NCBI GenBank assembly: GCA_011109175.1
Contig: RDEW01000008.1
Location: 1,555,447-1,619,446, forward strand
Length of the DNA stretch: 64,000 nt
Direction: 5' to 3'
DNA from: Dicyema japonicum
Taxonomy: Eukaryota; Animalia; Dicyemida
Part shown: positions 1-12,789 of the stretch, piece after piece
Numbering within the stretch: the first letter of the stretch is position 1
How the letters are laid out: every line of letters begins with the position of its first letter
Translations under genes and position numbers: made by a program
Notes under the pieces: model-generated
Seen by the model: only the letters and a program-made list of their open reading frames with translations
The model's database searches: none
What the model was told of the DNA's origin: nothing

Positions 1-1532
1 CTAAAGCCTCTCTAGTCTTCTCATATAGCATATAGCTCAGACTAACTGAGGGAATCACCTTCAAAAAGTTAGGAGTAATCCCCCTATATAATCCCATAAA
101 TCCCTCCCGTTTTATAGTTTCAGCAAAAATATCAGTCATTCCACTTTTCTTTGATGAGCCTTTAATAACTCATCATAAGAACCTGTTGCCTGCAGTTTTG
201 TCTTCACTAAGGCTAAGGGATATGTAAGAAGCTGTCCACATGCTGAACTAGCACCTCCACAAGCTAGGAGAACCCAATCAGGTGGCATCCCCGACTCACC
301 ACGTGCAAAATTGTTTCTTACTATTCCTTTGAAGGTCTACCAATCAAAAACATCCAAAACCTCATACAAAGCCAACTCAGTCCCGGCATATGGGAGAATA
401 CCCAATAAGTTTGGGACATATCCCCGATAAAACGATCTTATTCCCTCTCGTTGTAATATCTGACTGGCACATTGAAAGATTGTGGAGATTTCCCCCGTCT
501 TTGCCAAACACAACCTTGTCTTTATCACCTCCATGGGATATATAGCTGTCTGGGCAACAGCACCAGCACACGAACCCGCCACAAACTTTTCGTAGACTTT
601 GAGTTCTTCTCTATCTTTGTACTCACGGATCGCTTTCTTTATCTACCAAGTCACAAGGGTCGTCAACCTGCTCATAAACCATAAACTTTATTGCTGATTC
701 GGGGACAATTTTGGAGATATTCACTCCATTCCCTCTCCACAAAGCAAGAAATCCACCCTCCTTCTTCAAATAAGCGAGTCCGGATAAAAATTTGATGTCT
801 TTCGGTCCCCCATAGACCTGATTATAAGATGGAAACAAACCTGGAGAATAACTTTGATTCTGTCTAAAGGGGCAGTGCACGTGCGTGAAACTGCTCCAGC
901 GATTCCCCCAGCAATCAAATTTCTCCACCAAACACCGGTTTCCAAGTCATTCTTGTCAAAATCCTTAGCAATACAGTCGTGATCACCAGTATCGATGATC
1001 ACTGGGTGATTCCAGTAGTTCATAAGATCAACAAGGTTGGAGTTAACGGGACTAAATATGAAATAATCCCTGAATTCGTCAAAGGACAGTCTCATGTTGC
1101 CATTTCTGTCAGCTCTAAAGGTTACGAGCTAATAGTTGCTTTTTAATGAGATTTTCGACTTCTTTTGGCGTCATTTCTATATTATTGTCAATGAGGGATT
1201 TGATTAGCTCATTAAAGCTAATTTCGCCTATTGAATGATCATTATCAATCATACCGTCGTTGTTTTTGTCGATATTTCTAAAAATCGAGTCTAATTTGTC
1301 CTCCTGATTCTGCAATATCTCTGAGAACTGATCAAATGTAATCCTCAACTCGTCTCGGTCACCTTTTCCTACTAACTGTAGAAATTCTTAAATATAAACA
1401 GAATACCTGATCTATCACCTCGTCGGGACAGGATTTAAAGGCAGTTCTTATCTCTTCTTTTGACAACTTACCGTTTTTATTTTTGTCAATTTTGTCAAAC
1501 AATTCTCGATGTCTTACAACAAAACTAGACAT
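1..1532 (-). CDS. Ca2+-binding mitochondrial ATP-Mg/Pi carrier (SCaMC, SLC25A23/24/25 family); multi-exon, last codons run off the window start
   Basis: ATG at 1532 ([27 protein letters not shown]). EF-hand loops such as DKNNDG|EISFNEL. Carrier repeats [74 protein letters not shown]. Exons are joined by 21-27 nt GT-AG introns. Confidence 0.93.
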
Positions 1533-1671
1533 AAATTAATAAAATTTTAAACAATTTTAGTGACAATATTTATAGTATTTATTTACCACAACTTTGACCA
1601 CTAGATATTTACGTTTTTTTACCGCTAAATTATTTATTAATTTATTATTATCTAACGCCGGAAAATAATAA

Positions 1672-1860
1672 TATTAATAATAATAACCCCTAAAATGGAC
1701 ACCAAGAAAGAAGGAGTTAAACCATCTAATTAAGTGATCCCGGTAGATTTCAACAGGGTCTAGAGCTTTTTGCTGTGCTCCTCCATAGTACCACAGCTTT
1801 TCCGAATCCACGACGTTCCTTTTTCATGAGAATTTGGAGAGACGTGGCATGAGAATGAAT
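1672..1860 (-). mobile_element. 3' end of Ingi-like LINE (GIT-stop hairpin family)
   Basis: Minus strand encodes a decayed RRGFGKAV..MEEHSKK..LLKSTGIT*, then TAATTAG…GGTGTCC…GGGGTT and a (TTA)n tail. Confidence 0.8.
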
Positions 1861-3488
1861 AAATTAAAAGATCAGTAAGAATGAGGTGTTTGTATCTTTA
1901 TTTAATTTTTAAACAATAAACAAAAAGTCACTTACTTCGATATCCAATCGCTCCTTTGCTGCAATAATCATTGGGCAGAGTTAAAACATACAGGTAACCA
2001 AGGCACAATACGCTTCGCACACAAACGGCGCAAGCGTGACATCGTCGTCATAACAAGGAGAACATAACTGACTACGCTTTATCACGAAGAGCGGTAAGGG
2101 AATTCACAGCGAACAGGCACCTGCCATCTATTAAATCCCGTGCAGGCGAAGTCTTCAGCGCTGTTAATAGAACACAGTGATCTCTAGCAGACGATCTTGC
2201 CTATGATGAAAAAAAATTGAGAAAAGGTGAGTATAGCTTAATAACGTGAACTCTATGGCTTGAATCTGCTGTCCCTATTGCCCTCATCTAGAAACGCCCT
2301 TGCCTATCGGTCTCCTGAAAGTTAGTGAGGCCGGAGTTACTTAACTAACTAACATCCCTACTATGTTGGAACGTCATGTTGTTCACCTCCAAACGATGAC
2401 GTTTGGACATTTCGCTGATGAAATGAAAAAAGAATCACGTCTTTTCTCCTCATCAAAGTTATGCCTGCTGAATATATCCACAGAAAAAAACAAACTTCTT
2501 CTTATAACCTCAGTTTTTTTGATAACAATCTCGCAGAACGTGAACGGTATTTATTCCCTTTATACTTTTCTCATTTTCTGCCGCGGATAATGCGTTTACC
2601 ACACATAATGTTGGTTTAAGAAAAGGAGTCAATACACGTGGCGTCCCATATCAACGGCTTCTCCTTTACGAACTAAAAAGCGTAATTTCATCAAGCCGTT
2701 TTTAGTCTACTATGTCAAAGCCAACAAATTCCAGTACGGACTGAAATTCTGAATTTAATTCATCTCAGCAATTTTTAAATGAATATTATTTACTATTCTT
2801 CATATAATTGAACAGAGTAGCCAGCACATGACTGATTAATGTGGCATCGATGGGAATCACAGTACGATGACATGCAATCGCCTGGCTTTTAACTAAAAAC
2901 CCCAAGGACATGATAATTTCTAATTTATTTCTCAAAAAGCCTCATGTCTAGACCAGCTTAAAAGACCTTCACAGCCGTCTCTTGTCCTTTTGCGAATGCG
3001 TATAGTACGGTTCCAGTCTGGAAATATAAACCCTCGATCGGAAGCGCTTAGTAGACGTAGACATTTTCTGTGGACAGTGGTGTTTACACGTAAAAAAACC
3101 ATGAAACGTTTAGTCACTAAATACGGCAGTATACTCCACCATGATTACGTGTGATGGCATAATATGGTTGCAAGGTCTATTCATCTACTCTTGTACAAGA
3201 ATAAGATATCACATTTCAGAAAGTTGCGGACTCATAAAGTGTAGTCTGATGTTGTTGATGTATACCATAATATTCAAGAATTTGTGCTCTATGCTGAGTT
3301 ATCAGAAAATATAACTATCATAGAAATGGCCATTACTCACCAGGAGCATTTAAAAACAGTAAAAGTTAAGAAGCGAAAGTACGCCCTTGTCGAAAGCAAA
3401 TTTTGGAAAATGCATAAATGAAAACTCTAGGTTAATCTTTAAGTGATAAAGTTTATTTTCCTTAAAAATGAAAAATAGAGTTAGCGAA

Positions 3489-4560
3489 TTATTTTTTGAA
3501 GAAATTTTTTTCAAATTCCTTCTTTTCAGATTCCTTTTTTAAAATTTTATTAAAATTTGTAACGAAAATTGGTATCGGAATTGCTATCGTAAAAATTCCA
3601 CATATCGCGCAAATTGAGCAGACAATTTTCCCCAAAATACTCGTAGGGTAAATGTCTCCGTAACCGATTGTCGTAATTGTCACTACTGCCCACCAAAAAG
3701 AATTTGGTATGCTAATAAATTTCGTGTTCGGTACATTCATTTCTGCATAATAAATTATACTTGAAAAAATGACGACCAGAATCGCCAAAAAGAAAAATAT
3801 CATCGACAACTCCCGTAAAGATGAATATAAAGTTTGGCCGAGGATTTGGAGGTTATTTGAATATCTCGAGAGTTTGAAAATTCTCAAAATTCTCACCAAT
3901 CTCACAACTCGTATCGATTCAAGACTATTTGAATCCCATTTAACATAATTCTCCGTTATTAAAATATTTATAAAATACGGAAGAATCGACAACAAATCAA
4001 TCCAATTTAAAAAGTTTTTGAAAAATTTACATTTTTGTGGGGACAAAACAAATCGGAATGAAAGCTCGAATATAAACCAACCAATACAAACAGATTCAAT
4101 ATAGAAAAATATATTCTGGGTATTGTACTTATCTCTGAATTCAGGAATCGTTTCTGTCGAAAATACCGTAATTGACAGGATAATAATAATATTGGAAAAT
4201 AAAGCGTAAATTTTTGCATAAACTGAACTATTTGGATATTCGGCGAACATCCAAAGTTTTTTAATGACAGGATTCTTCGGCATTGCAGATTCCGACGTAT
4301 TAGTGATATTCGAGTTTGCCACGAATTCAAAAATAAATTCAGCGTCAAAGAAAAAAGAGACTTCGTTTCATAAAAATATCAATATGTACCTCTGGAGGGA
4401 TCTTGATGATCCCCCCACTTTGATAGAAATACAAAATGTTCTCGAAGCAAATTCGGCTTCTATCAAAAAAGTACTCCTTCCGTAAAATAATTCAATTATT
4501 TGGGACTTTGTCAAAATATAAAATCTCGTCTTCGAAAAATTTGTTAATTCAACATTCATT
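3489..4560 (-). CDS. Shaker (Kv1)-type voltage-gated K+ channel, intronless; T1 domain is out of frame (assembly indel or decay)
   Basis: The 277-aa ORF has S4 IRVVRLVRILRIFKLSRYS, pore WWAVVTITTIGYGD and S6 IAIPIP. The T1 motif RKEYFFDRSRICFENILYFYQSGG lies upstream in a different frame (break near 4345-4370). Confidence 0.88.
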
Positions 4561-4617
4561 TTTAAGAACAACGTCGAGGGTCATCCATTACGAAGTATCT
4601 GCTTGCGAGTGAATTTA

Positions 4618-4790
4618 TTTATTAACCCCGGGATCACCGAGAAAAAAAGACAAAAGTAAAGTCAACTAGTTAGGTGATCCCAGTTCTCGCAACCAAACGT
4701 GCCATCCGAAGCCTGTGCGTCTCCGTTGTTCCCACTGTCGAACGGAAATGCCTTCTTTGATCCTTGCAGAGGAAGCCGATTGGGGAAGAA
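4618..4790 (-). mobile_element. 3' end of Ingi-like LINE (GIT-stop hairpin family)
   Basis: RHFRSTVGTTETHRLRMARLVARTGIT*. An 11-bp stem CTGGGATCACC/GGTGATCCCGG (one G-U) is followed by GGTTAAT and an AT tail. Confidence 0.85.
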
Positions 4791-4984
4791 AATTTCTTAG
4801 CCAACCGATTTTCTTTTGCGTGGAACAGTGAGAGGCTTAGTGGGCAAGTGAATTAGCAAAATATGTTCGAGTTCTAAGAATAATAGTGACAAATTAAAAC
4901 AGCTATCTTTAAAAAAATATCGATTCTTTTTTATTAATAATTAATTGTTTGTTCCAGTGCTATAATTGTGTGATATAATGAGTT

Positions 4985-6130
4985 GTCCGCTCTTCCAGTC
5001 GCCTGACTCAATTTTTGTGCTCGACAATCATACTTTCTGATGTTTTCGTAAACCACTGATTAAATATAAGCTCTTATTGACACATCAATCGACAAAGTTT
5101 TTAAATGATTTCTGTACCACGTGGAGATAATCCCGTTCCATGTTAAAACCACAGGGATAATTCTCACAGGAGCATCCTATGGCAAGCTCAATTCTCTAGC
5201 AAGCAAGTCATAATTGTGTAGCTTTTCCACTTTTGTAATATTGAGTGCTTTTTTGAGGTGATTCCATCTTCTATAATCACAATCTCATTCTTCATTTTGG
5301 CATACACGAAAATGTCTGGTTTATTGCGCTGACTTCAGTGTCAGTCATGATGGAAGTTTCCACTCAGATTTCCACTCTGCGTCGTAACAATTGATCAGAC
5401 TGAATGCGTTTTAGACGTTTAGATTTCTTGCTGTCATAAATTCTACATAAATCCAGATGAATGCATCTAACAACTTCGTTGTGCCTCCTCATATAGTCAC
5501 TATTGAGCAATCTGCTACAACATGTAGCCAAATGATCCACTGGTTTCTTAGCCTTCTTGCAATGACTACAAACTGAATCATTGGTATTAAAAACAAGTTC
5601 CTGTCTTGAAGCGAACAATACATGCCCTCCGACCTCGATCTATTATTTCCACTGGTAAACCACTCCAAAGAAACCATAGCTGCATTCAGTTAAGTAAGCA
5701 TATCCGCTTTGACCAGCCTGAAAGGGATTTTCAGGGTCGAATCCCTAGCATCCCGTGGACTCAACAAATTTTCCATATATAAATATTTCTTTCGTGTGAC
5801 TATCAGCCATAATCTCCTTTGTATGAAAAATTCCAAATTCAACACTATTCTTCATAGGAATCCCTCCCTTAAGCAATTTCTTAACATTTGAAATGATTTT
5901 GCTGATTGAAAACCTCTCGTTAAAAGTGTCGGCAATCAATTGCCAGCCACTACGAGAAATCTTCTCGAATCTTGCTTTGGAACGACAGACAACTTCACTC
6001 TTCCACTGGCACTTGTTACTATGACAAACATTGGCGATCACTGTCCTCAGAGGTAGTAGATGGTCAGGTAAAGGCCGTTGTGGTCCAGCACTAATTCCAT
6101 GTGGTTCATGCAACCCTAGAGCCAAATGTC
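4985..6130 (-). mobile_element. RLE-type (R2/R4-group) non-LTR retrotransposon remnant, internally deleted
   Basis: Zn knuckle CSHC…DHLATCC, RRHNEVVRCIH, PD-(D/E)xK nuclease region (KPDIFVY…EIVIIE…YDLLA). An N-terminal segment at 5745-6125 is joined directly to the C-terminal part. Confidence 0.85.
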
Positions 6131-7080
6131 ATACTCCGGATAGTATATTTTCTTTCATCAAATCAGTAAGAAGGTAAAGGATTTGTTTTTGTACTTGAGA
6201 AAACAGACATACAATCAACCACAAAAAATATTAGTAAAGAAATCCAAAAGTTAAATAATTAAAAATAAAATTTGATGTGGATTTCTAAAGATGTACCTGT
6301 CTATAAGGACCTCGATGGAGAAACCATTAATAACGTAGATCGAGAGGTTTATGGGCTGTGTGGAAGGCAAAAATCTGCTATATTACGTCCTGATCTGCTG
6401 TTGCTACAATCTCATATCTCTACAGGAAATCATTGACCAAATGAAACGGAAAAAACAAGGTCTAATGGACGTCTGAAATCGATTAAACTGTTTGACCAAG
6501 ACTCAAAAGAATGGAGGATGGAATACATCCAAATCTGTGGTAAATTTGGAGAGTCTGACGAACGTCAAAAAAACAAAATCTACCTCTTCAATGGATCCAA
6601 AATATGAAAAGAAGATTCACTACGATTTTAAAGATTGTTGAATTAATTTTGTTATCAAATACAGCAAGTAAAGACAATCTCCCATAAATCATGGAAGTGT
6701 ACCAAAAAGTACCTTATCGGCTGGTGAGGTTGTGGAGATACTAATAGATAAGACAATAAGCGCAGTCACTTAATAATAAACCGGCTGTTCTCGAGTTTGA
6801 GAAAACGATCAGGCCTTAAAGCAAGTAAAGAGCGTCAGGTTTCCTTGCTCCTTCGACGCTGGAATATTTTAGGTCATCTAGGGAATTTCTACACGAGCAG
6901 GAGATCTCGTGATTGCTGGTGCCTATTTGAGCGAATCTCTCTCACCATCTTAAGGAAAATAGTCACACTGTATAACTCTCGGTTGATTGTTTCTTTATTT
7001 GAATAAAACTTTAGTAGATTACGATCCACTGGGGAGTGAATTAGCGATATAGATTTTTTTAGCAATAATACTGATGATAG

Positions 7081-7402
7081 TGGTGGCGCAGTGTGACGGT
7101 TGCCGGGCTAGAGGCCTGAAGGTTGATAGTTCGAATCTCGATATTGTACATTCGGTTGAAGGTTCCACGCATCAATATGCTTTGGCTTGACGAATGACAA
7201 AGTCATAAGTGAACACTTACTTCACTGCGGAACTGGATTTTCTGTAAAGGAAATACACGCAAGAAAAAGAAAACAAAAAAGTGAAGAGCATTCCTTGCTT
7301 CTCCCTCTACGATTAGTAATAATAACTGTTCTTTACTTAAATAAAGTGTGTGTTCTGCCTAAGCAGAGCCATAGCTGATATGGCTCCGCGAAAGTGCGGT
7401 GG
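7081..7402 (+). mobile_element. tRNA-derived SINE (family T)
   Basis: A-box TGGCGCAGTG and B-box-like AGTTCGAATC. Shared body GAAGGTTCCACGCATC…CACTGCGGAACTGGAT and tail TACTTAAATAAAGTGTGTG…AAAGTGCGGT. Confidence 0.85.
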
Positions 7403-8329
7403 AAATTCGTAGCTGTAGATGCTTTAAAAAATCACAGGAATTTTAGAAATACTAAAATATTCAAATAAAATTCTCACATCCTCAGTATATGTAAATTTTT
7501 GAATTTGTATTTCCAGTTCTGTCTCGATTGAAAGAGCTATTTCACTAATATCCAAAATTTTCACAAAAGATCGAAATTTTATAACCGTAAATATTAATGA
7601 CTATTTGATTTCATTCTATAATATATAATTTTTATGGACACTTACTATTTTTAATTGTGTCGATCGAAATTAGATGCTATCCATTATAAAATTCTATTAC
7701 TTGACGGCACTCATGTTTGAACAAAAGTTTCCTCTATTTTCATAATCCTAAAATTTCATTTTGTTGAAGACAATGCTGCAAGGTGCTATATTTTCTGCAC
7801 TAGGATTGTAAACTTCACTACTCTGCTAAGCTCATCTCAAATATTAGCGTTCCGTTTATGACAAATGTTATATTCACTTTGACTCACGCTTTTTAAGCTT
7901 TGTCCAGGTAATTCACTAATTTTCGTAAATTTTTGAATATCGCAAATAGAAATGGGTGTTTATTATGAAATTAAGTCATCTCATTATAAATTAGTAAGTT
8001 TGTATGTCTATAAGTATCCACTTTGACAGTTATTGGGAATAATGTACTCAAGTGATGCTCAGTGCTTTCAATTTTTTTTCTGAACGAGATTAGAACCCAA
8101 ATTATCCGATACTTATTTTGTTTATAACTTTAGGTTTCCCGAGTCTCATGTGTCAGTCACCCCTTCACAAGAAAAAGGCAAGGGTTTTCGCCTATCATGA
8201 AGCTAAGTAGACAATTTAGGTGAGGTAGGTCGCGGCTCAACCTGTAATCATCAAAGAAATGATTCTTCCCCATGTCACTTTACTAGGCCATAGACTTAAC
8301 TTCTTCATATTTGCTGTTGAAAAATGGTA

Positions 8330-9555
8330 ATTTTATAAGGATTTTTGCGTCCTTTTATCTGTTAGGAATTTATGTCTGTTAGGAATCAGTCGCAGGTCTT
8401 GGTTTTCAACTTCAGTTTACCAATGACCATTTTATGATCGCTGCGTTAGTTAAAATAGTATTGTCTCTATACCGGAACATTATGAAGTCAATCTGGTTGC
8501 ATATTTTGATAACTTGGCATAAGAACTTGTCCTGTGAGCTGAACACGTAGTTTTGTGTCTGGCGGAATGCATAAAAGCCGTAAAAAGTTCTCAACTACTC
8601 AGACCGATAAGAAGGATGACGAGTCCGGTGGGGTCGAGAATCCTGAACAGCTCTTTTCATTGGACATGCTATCGGCTCAAAATTTCTGTATGACTGTAGA
8701 TATTTCGATAGTGTATGGAATAGAGGGCAGCTCGGTAAACTAGCCACCTTTATGAGTTTTCGTTGTAATTCGATTAAGAAATTTTCAATGGGCTGGATTT
8801 TGTGCTCTGGTCCAATTATCCTTATTGCGGTCTCCTCAATTGCGGATAGTTTCAATGAGGAGATCGTGAAATCTGCATTGCCCACGAAAGACTTGCATAT
8901 GTCATCGTGGGATAAATTGTTTATAAATCGTGGCAAAGCCACCCGTTTGGTCTCTAAGTGTTTTTGAGAGCACTTTTAAATTTCCATTTTCTTTAAAGCA
9001 GAAGTTAGTATGTTCTCAACATGCCGGATAAAGGAGACTCCCAGAATCTTCGGTGTTTTTTTAATAGGAATAGCCTCGGTCTTCATAAGGATTTTTGGTT
9101 CGGCACAGAGCTGTCTTTTTTAAGTGGTAAACAGCGTGACAGAGGACTTTGTTGCTGATGCGTCGAGTTTCCGTTCGAGAGCCATAGTTCCAGTTTGTTA
9201 AGCATTTGTTGAGCGGACTGAGTCGCTGATTGAATGCTTCTGTCCTCGGAAGCAAGAATGATATCGTCGGCATAGGAGAGGATTAGGCAGTTTTCATTAC
9301 AGGTTTGTGGCATGTAGTTTATGTACAGGTTGAAAAGGGCTGGCGATAGTGGGGATCCTTGAGGAACTCCATTTGATATGAGACGGGATTTTGACTTTAT
9401 GTTATTGCAATTCACTTGTCCACGTCTCCCACTTAATAAGTTGGCAATCCATAGTTTTATGTTTGGGTGGATGCATGTATCCCAAATTTTCTCAGTAAGG
9501 AGTTTACTAGAGACTGTGTCGAAAGCCTTTGTTATGTCAACAGATATAACTCACA
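8330..9555 (-). mobile_element. Decayed APE-type LINE reverse transcriptase and C-terminus
   Basis: VDITKAFDTV, GVPQGSPLSPALFNLY, YADDI and KILGV motifs, with frameshifts. Confidence 0.9.
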
Positions 9556-9559
9556 GCCC

Positions 9560-9700
9560 ATTATTATTATTAAACCAAAAATCACCGACAAATTAAATAA
9601 TTACATATCTGTCAGGTGATTCCAGCCGACTAGCCGTCTCATTCTTGCTCGGTGTTCCTCCTGGGTTCCAACGCATTTCCGGATTGGGCGGGGGTTTCTA
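9560..9700 (-). mobile_element. 3' end of Ingi-like LINE (GIT-stop hairpin family)
   Basis: PIRKCVGTQEEHRARMRRL…GIT*. Stem GGAATCACC/GGTGATTTT is extended by GACAGAT/ATTTGTC. (TAA)n tail. Confidence 0.8.
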
Positions 9701-10216
9701 ACTTTTTTGGGGGTATTAAGGCTTTGGTTTTCTTCACTAATTCCTCAAATGTGTAGGGTTTATAGGTGTTTGAGAAAACCTTTGCTGAGCCTCAATAGCC
9801 ATTTTTTGAATGTATTGATTTTTTCCATATTCGCGTTTAATAGTTTGGTACCCCATGCAGCACACCCGTAAGTGAAAGACGATTAGATATACTGTCGTAG
9901 AGCGAGTCCGAATTTGTGTTGAAACACCCCTTATATTGTCCAAGGAGTGTTTTAACAAAATTTAGATTTTGTTGTGCCGAGGAGATGACGTTGTCGATGT
10001 GTTTAATAAGTTTTTTAATATCACCACCCTATTAATAAGTTTTTTAATCAAATTAAAAAAAACAATTTAATTTTTAATTAAAATTACAAACTAAATTTTA
10101 AATTATTAAATAAAGATTTATTTGAATTTTCTCTTTGTGGTTAGTTGTATGGTTTCAAATTACTATTATGGTTTTATGTTTTGTATGGTTTTATGTTTAT
10201 ACTAATAGATTATCAA

Positions 10217-10986
10217 ATGGAAATAAAAACAGAATCTCAGGAGACCTTAGTTGACATAAGACAGAAGCATCTCAACAAAATGCGAGATCTTCAACTAAAA
10301 AGAGTAGTTATTATTCTCATAAACAGAACGAAGCCCGTAAAATAAACCTGGCAGAAGTAGCCGAGGAGAACAAACAAGCCAAGCTCCCCCCAAACTGGGA
10401 GGCCAAACAAAACGTCACGAATGGCTTGTCAAGGATGAAAAACTTAGAAAGGTAAACCTCTAAGTTATGTAGGAATGTGAGGAAATTGGGGTAGAAATGG
10501 AGAGGGTAAAGTTCATGGAGACCTCAGTTGAGGACGTTGAACGGTTTGACCGCAAAAAGAAGAGAAAGTGCCCGAATATAGATTACGTGGACTTTGATAA
10601 GGCCTCTGGACATAAGTACAACAAGTTGGTGTCTCAGATGTGGAAGGACGAGTCAGCATACAACAAGCAGAAGGAGGCACTGTGAGTATGTGAATGTTAT
10701 TATAGTGGAGACTCCTTTTATGCGGATGGGGGAACTTTGGGACTGACAGAGGTGGTGGACTCTGAAGAGGCGAAGGACGGACTGGTGTCTGACCTGCAGA
10801 ATCAGTAAGAGTGTTATTGATATTAGAATTCGTGTTCGTGAGAGACACAGCAGAAGGAGGGAGAATAATACAAATATAGATTATATTAATAAGAAGAATA
10901 TGAGGTTTAATAAAAAGTTGGAATACTTTTATGGTAAATATACGGCTGAAATTAAACAAAATTTGGAAAGGGGTACTGCTCTTTGA
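10217..10986 (+). CDS. SYF2: Pre-mRNA splicing factor SYF2
   Basis: [23 protein letters not shown] and C-terminal [36 protein letters not shown]. Four mini-introns. One apparent -1 homopolymer frameshift at about 10410. Confidence 0.92.
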
Positions 10987-11169
10987 TTACTTACTTTTAC
11001 TAATTAATTTGTTTTTTATTGCTTGTTTGATAATATGGAGGTTTTGTGTAGGTGTTCTATGATAATGTATTGTCTTAATTGTGAACTTTGTTAAACGTTA
11101 TTATTGATGCAACACATCGTAAGTACATGATAGCGATAGTCTTACCCATGTGGCTTAAAAATAACCAAG

Positions 11170-11850
11170 TTAATTAAGCGGTTCCACTTTCCTTGGTCGT
11201 GTGCAACCTCTCTTGGGTTGTCGAGGTATTCTTCACATTTTACTTTTCTTTTGATGCACGTAACTTTGATGTCTTCAGGGAGGATTAGGAGGAGCTAATC
11301 CGATCTTTGGGAGCGAAAGATTTGCTTCCGTCGAATAGCTGCCATCATCCAGTTCGATTTCCCTGAGGTAGGTTGATAGGGATATAATTGCAGTTCTGTT
11401 AATTGCCTAAGTGAAACTAGCATCCAATTTTTTCTTCGTGAAGGTGAAACCACATCTAATATTATTTTCTGGATAATTCCACCTTAAAATTATTTTAGAA
11501 TCTTAACATGTCTCTAATCTAATTTTATCTTTATTCCAACACCATCAAAAAACAAGCTAACTCTTGGTTTGGTTCCTACCTCGATCCTACACAAGCTCTT
11601 TGGGGTCGGGTTTTCTCCATCACGCTGGATCAGACCTTTTTCGTTATTCCTTCGGATTATGATCTACAAAGATGTCAGCATTATGTTCTTTTTGTCCGTA
11701 GATTACTTCTCTGTCACTCTAAAACCCGATTTTCTGAGCATTAGTCCAAGAAATGTAAGTCCTCATAAGGGCAGATGCATAGGAAATGCATGGCTCAATG
11801 TATTGAGAGTTTTTAGTACGGGATAGTTCCCGAGTTTCCATATCCCCGTT
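11170..11850 (-). mobile_element. Decayed RTE-like LINE 3' fragment
   Basis: Degenerate C-terminal peptide (…EDIKVTCIKRKVKCEEYLDNPREVAHDQGKWNRLI) resembling the peptide at 29095-29250. Confidence 0.45.
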
Positions 11851-12033
11851 AGGCTTTTCTGCATGTTAATTTTTATTTCATATTTGTTTTACAAATTTCC
11901 AACATGCCACGAGAAACACATATGCGTATCATAGATCACTCCCAGAAATTAAAAACACACATCCCTTCCGCAAGAAGTAGATATGTTTTTATTACCTAAA
12001 CACACCTTAGGCAGAACTCACACTTAATTTCCA

Positions 12034-12180
12034 CAATAATAATACCAGAGACCACGGTTACAAAAAACTAATTGATCACGTGATCCCAGGTACTTCATCT
12101 TGGCCCGATGCTCCTTTCTCGACCCCACACAAGCACGTATCGGTCGAGTGACTTGACCTTTGCAGTCACGACGGCGCGTT
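12034..12180 (-). mobile_element. ~150-nt LINE-derived short element (GIT-stop hairpin family)
   Basis: RPIRACVGSRKEHRAKMKYLGIT*, stem GGGATCACG/CGTGGTCTC. Closely similar to 55368-55528 and ends at the same 5' point. Confidence 0.85.
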
Positions 12181-12789
12181 CAATAATTCATTCGTATCAA
12201 GGCTTCAAAAGGCATTGGTGGCTGGAATTCTCCAGAAATCCAGCGTTCCGTGATGTGGAGGCTCTTTTCAGGCTAGCCTCGATTTTCAAGATATTCGTCC
12301 AAGTGAGAAGACCGGCTTGGAAACAAAAATGTTATTTTCAATAAGAAAAAGGCTGTATGCGCTTCGACGGATTTAAGTTTTTCCGTAAGGTGCCGGAACG
12401 AATCAATCTTTCCCATCTGAAATTTTCCAATTTGGACAGGAATAATGAGCATTCAAGGAAAACCATATCAAGAATATTGACTATCCTTCCACAAAGAAAC
12501 AAGGACTGCAGGTGGTTTTGAAGGATGAAGAACTCGTCCGGCGGAAATCTAACATTTATCATCTCCGTCTTCTGCATTTTTACATACAGGCGAGGTCTGA
12601 CAAAAAGGGATTAGTGGTCTCCAGAGCTTCGATAATTGAGGCGTCTCTCCCCCTATTGTTCCATCGTCAGGTACAGTATATTTAGCGGGACCAAGATCTT
12701 CTGAATAACGTAGAAATGATCAAATCTAAAACTTCCTCTGATCTCCGTTTCTAAAAAGTGTAGAGAAGTTTTTACTAATACTAATCTTC

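Noticed and set aside
10513-10959. Long antisense ORFs (also 39458-39898 and 37551-37889)
   Set aside because: These are shadows on the opposite strand of the SYF2 and TRPM coding exons.
12163-12173. CAGTCACGACG resembles lacZ/M13 primer vector sequence
   Set aside because: Only about 11 nt, and it lies within a coding-derived repeat present twice with natural divergence.
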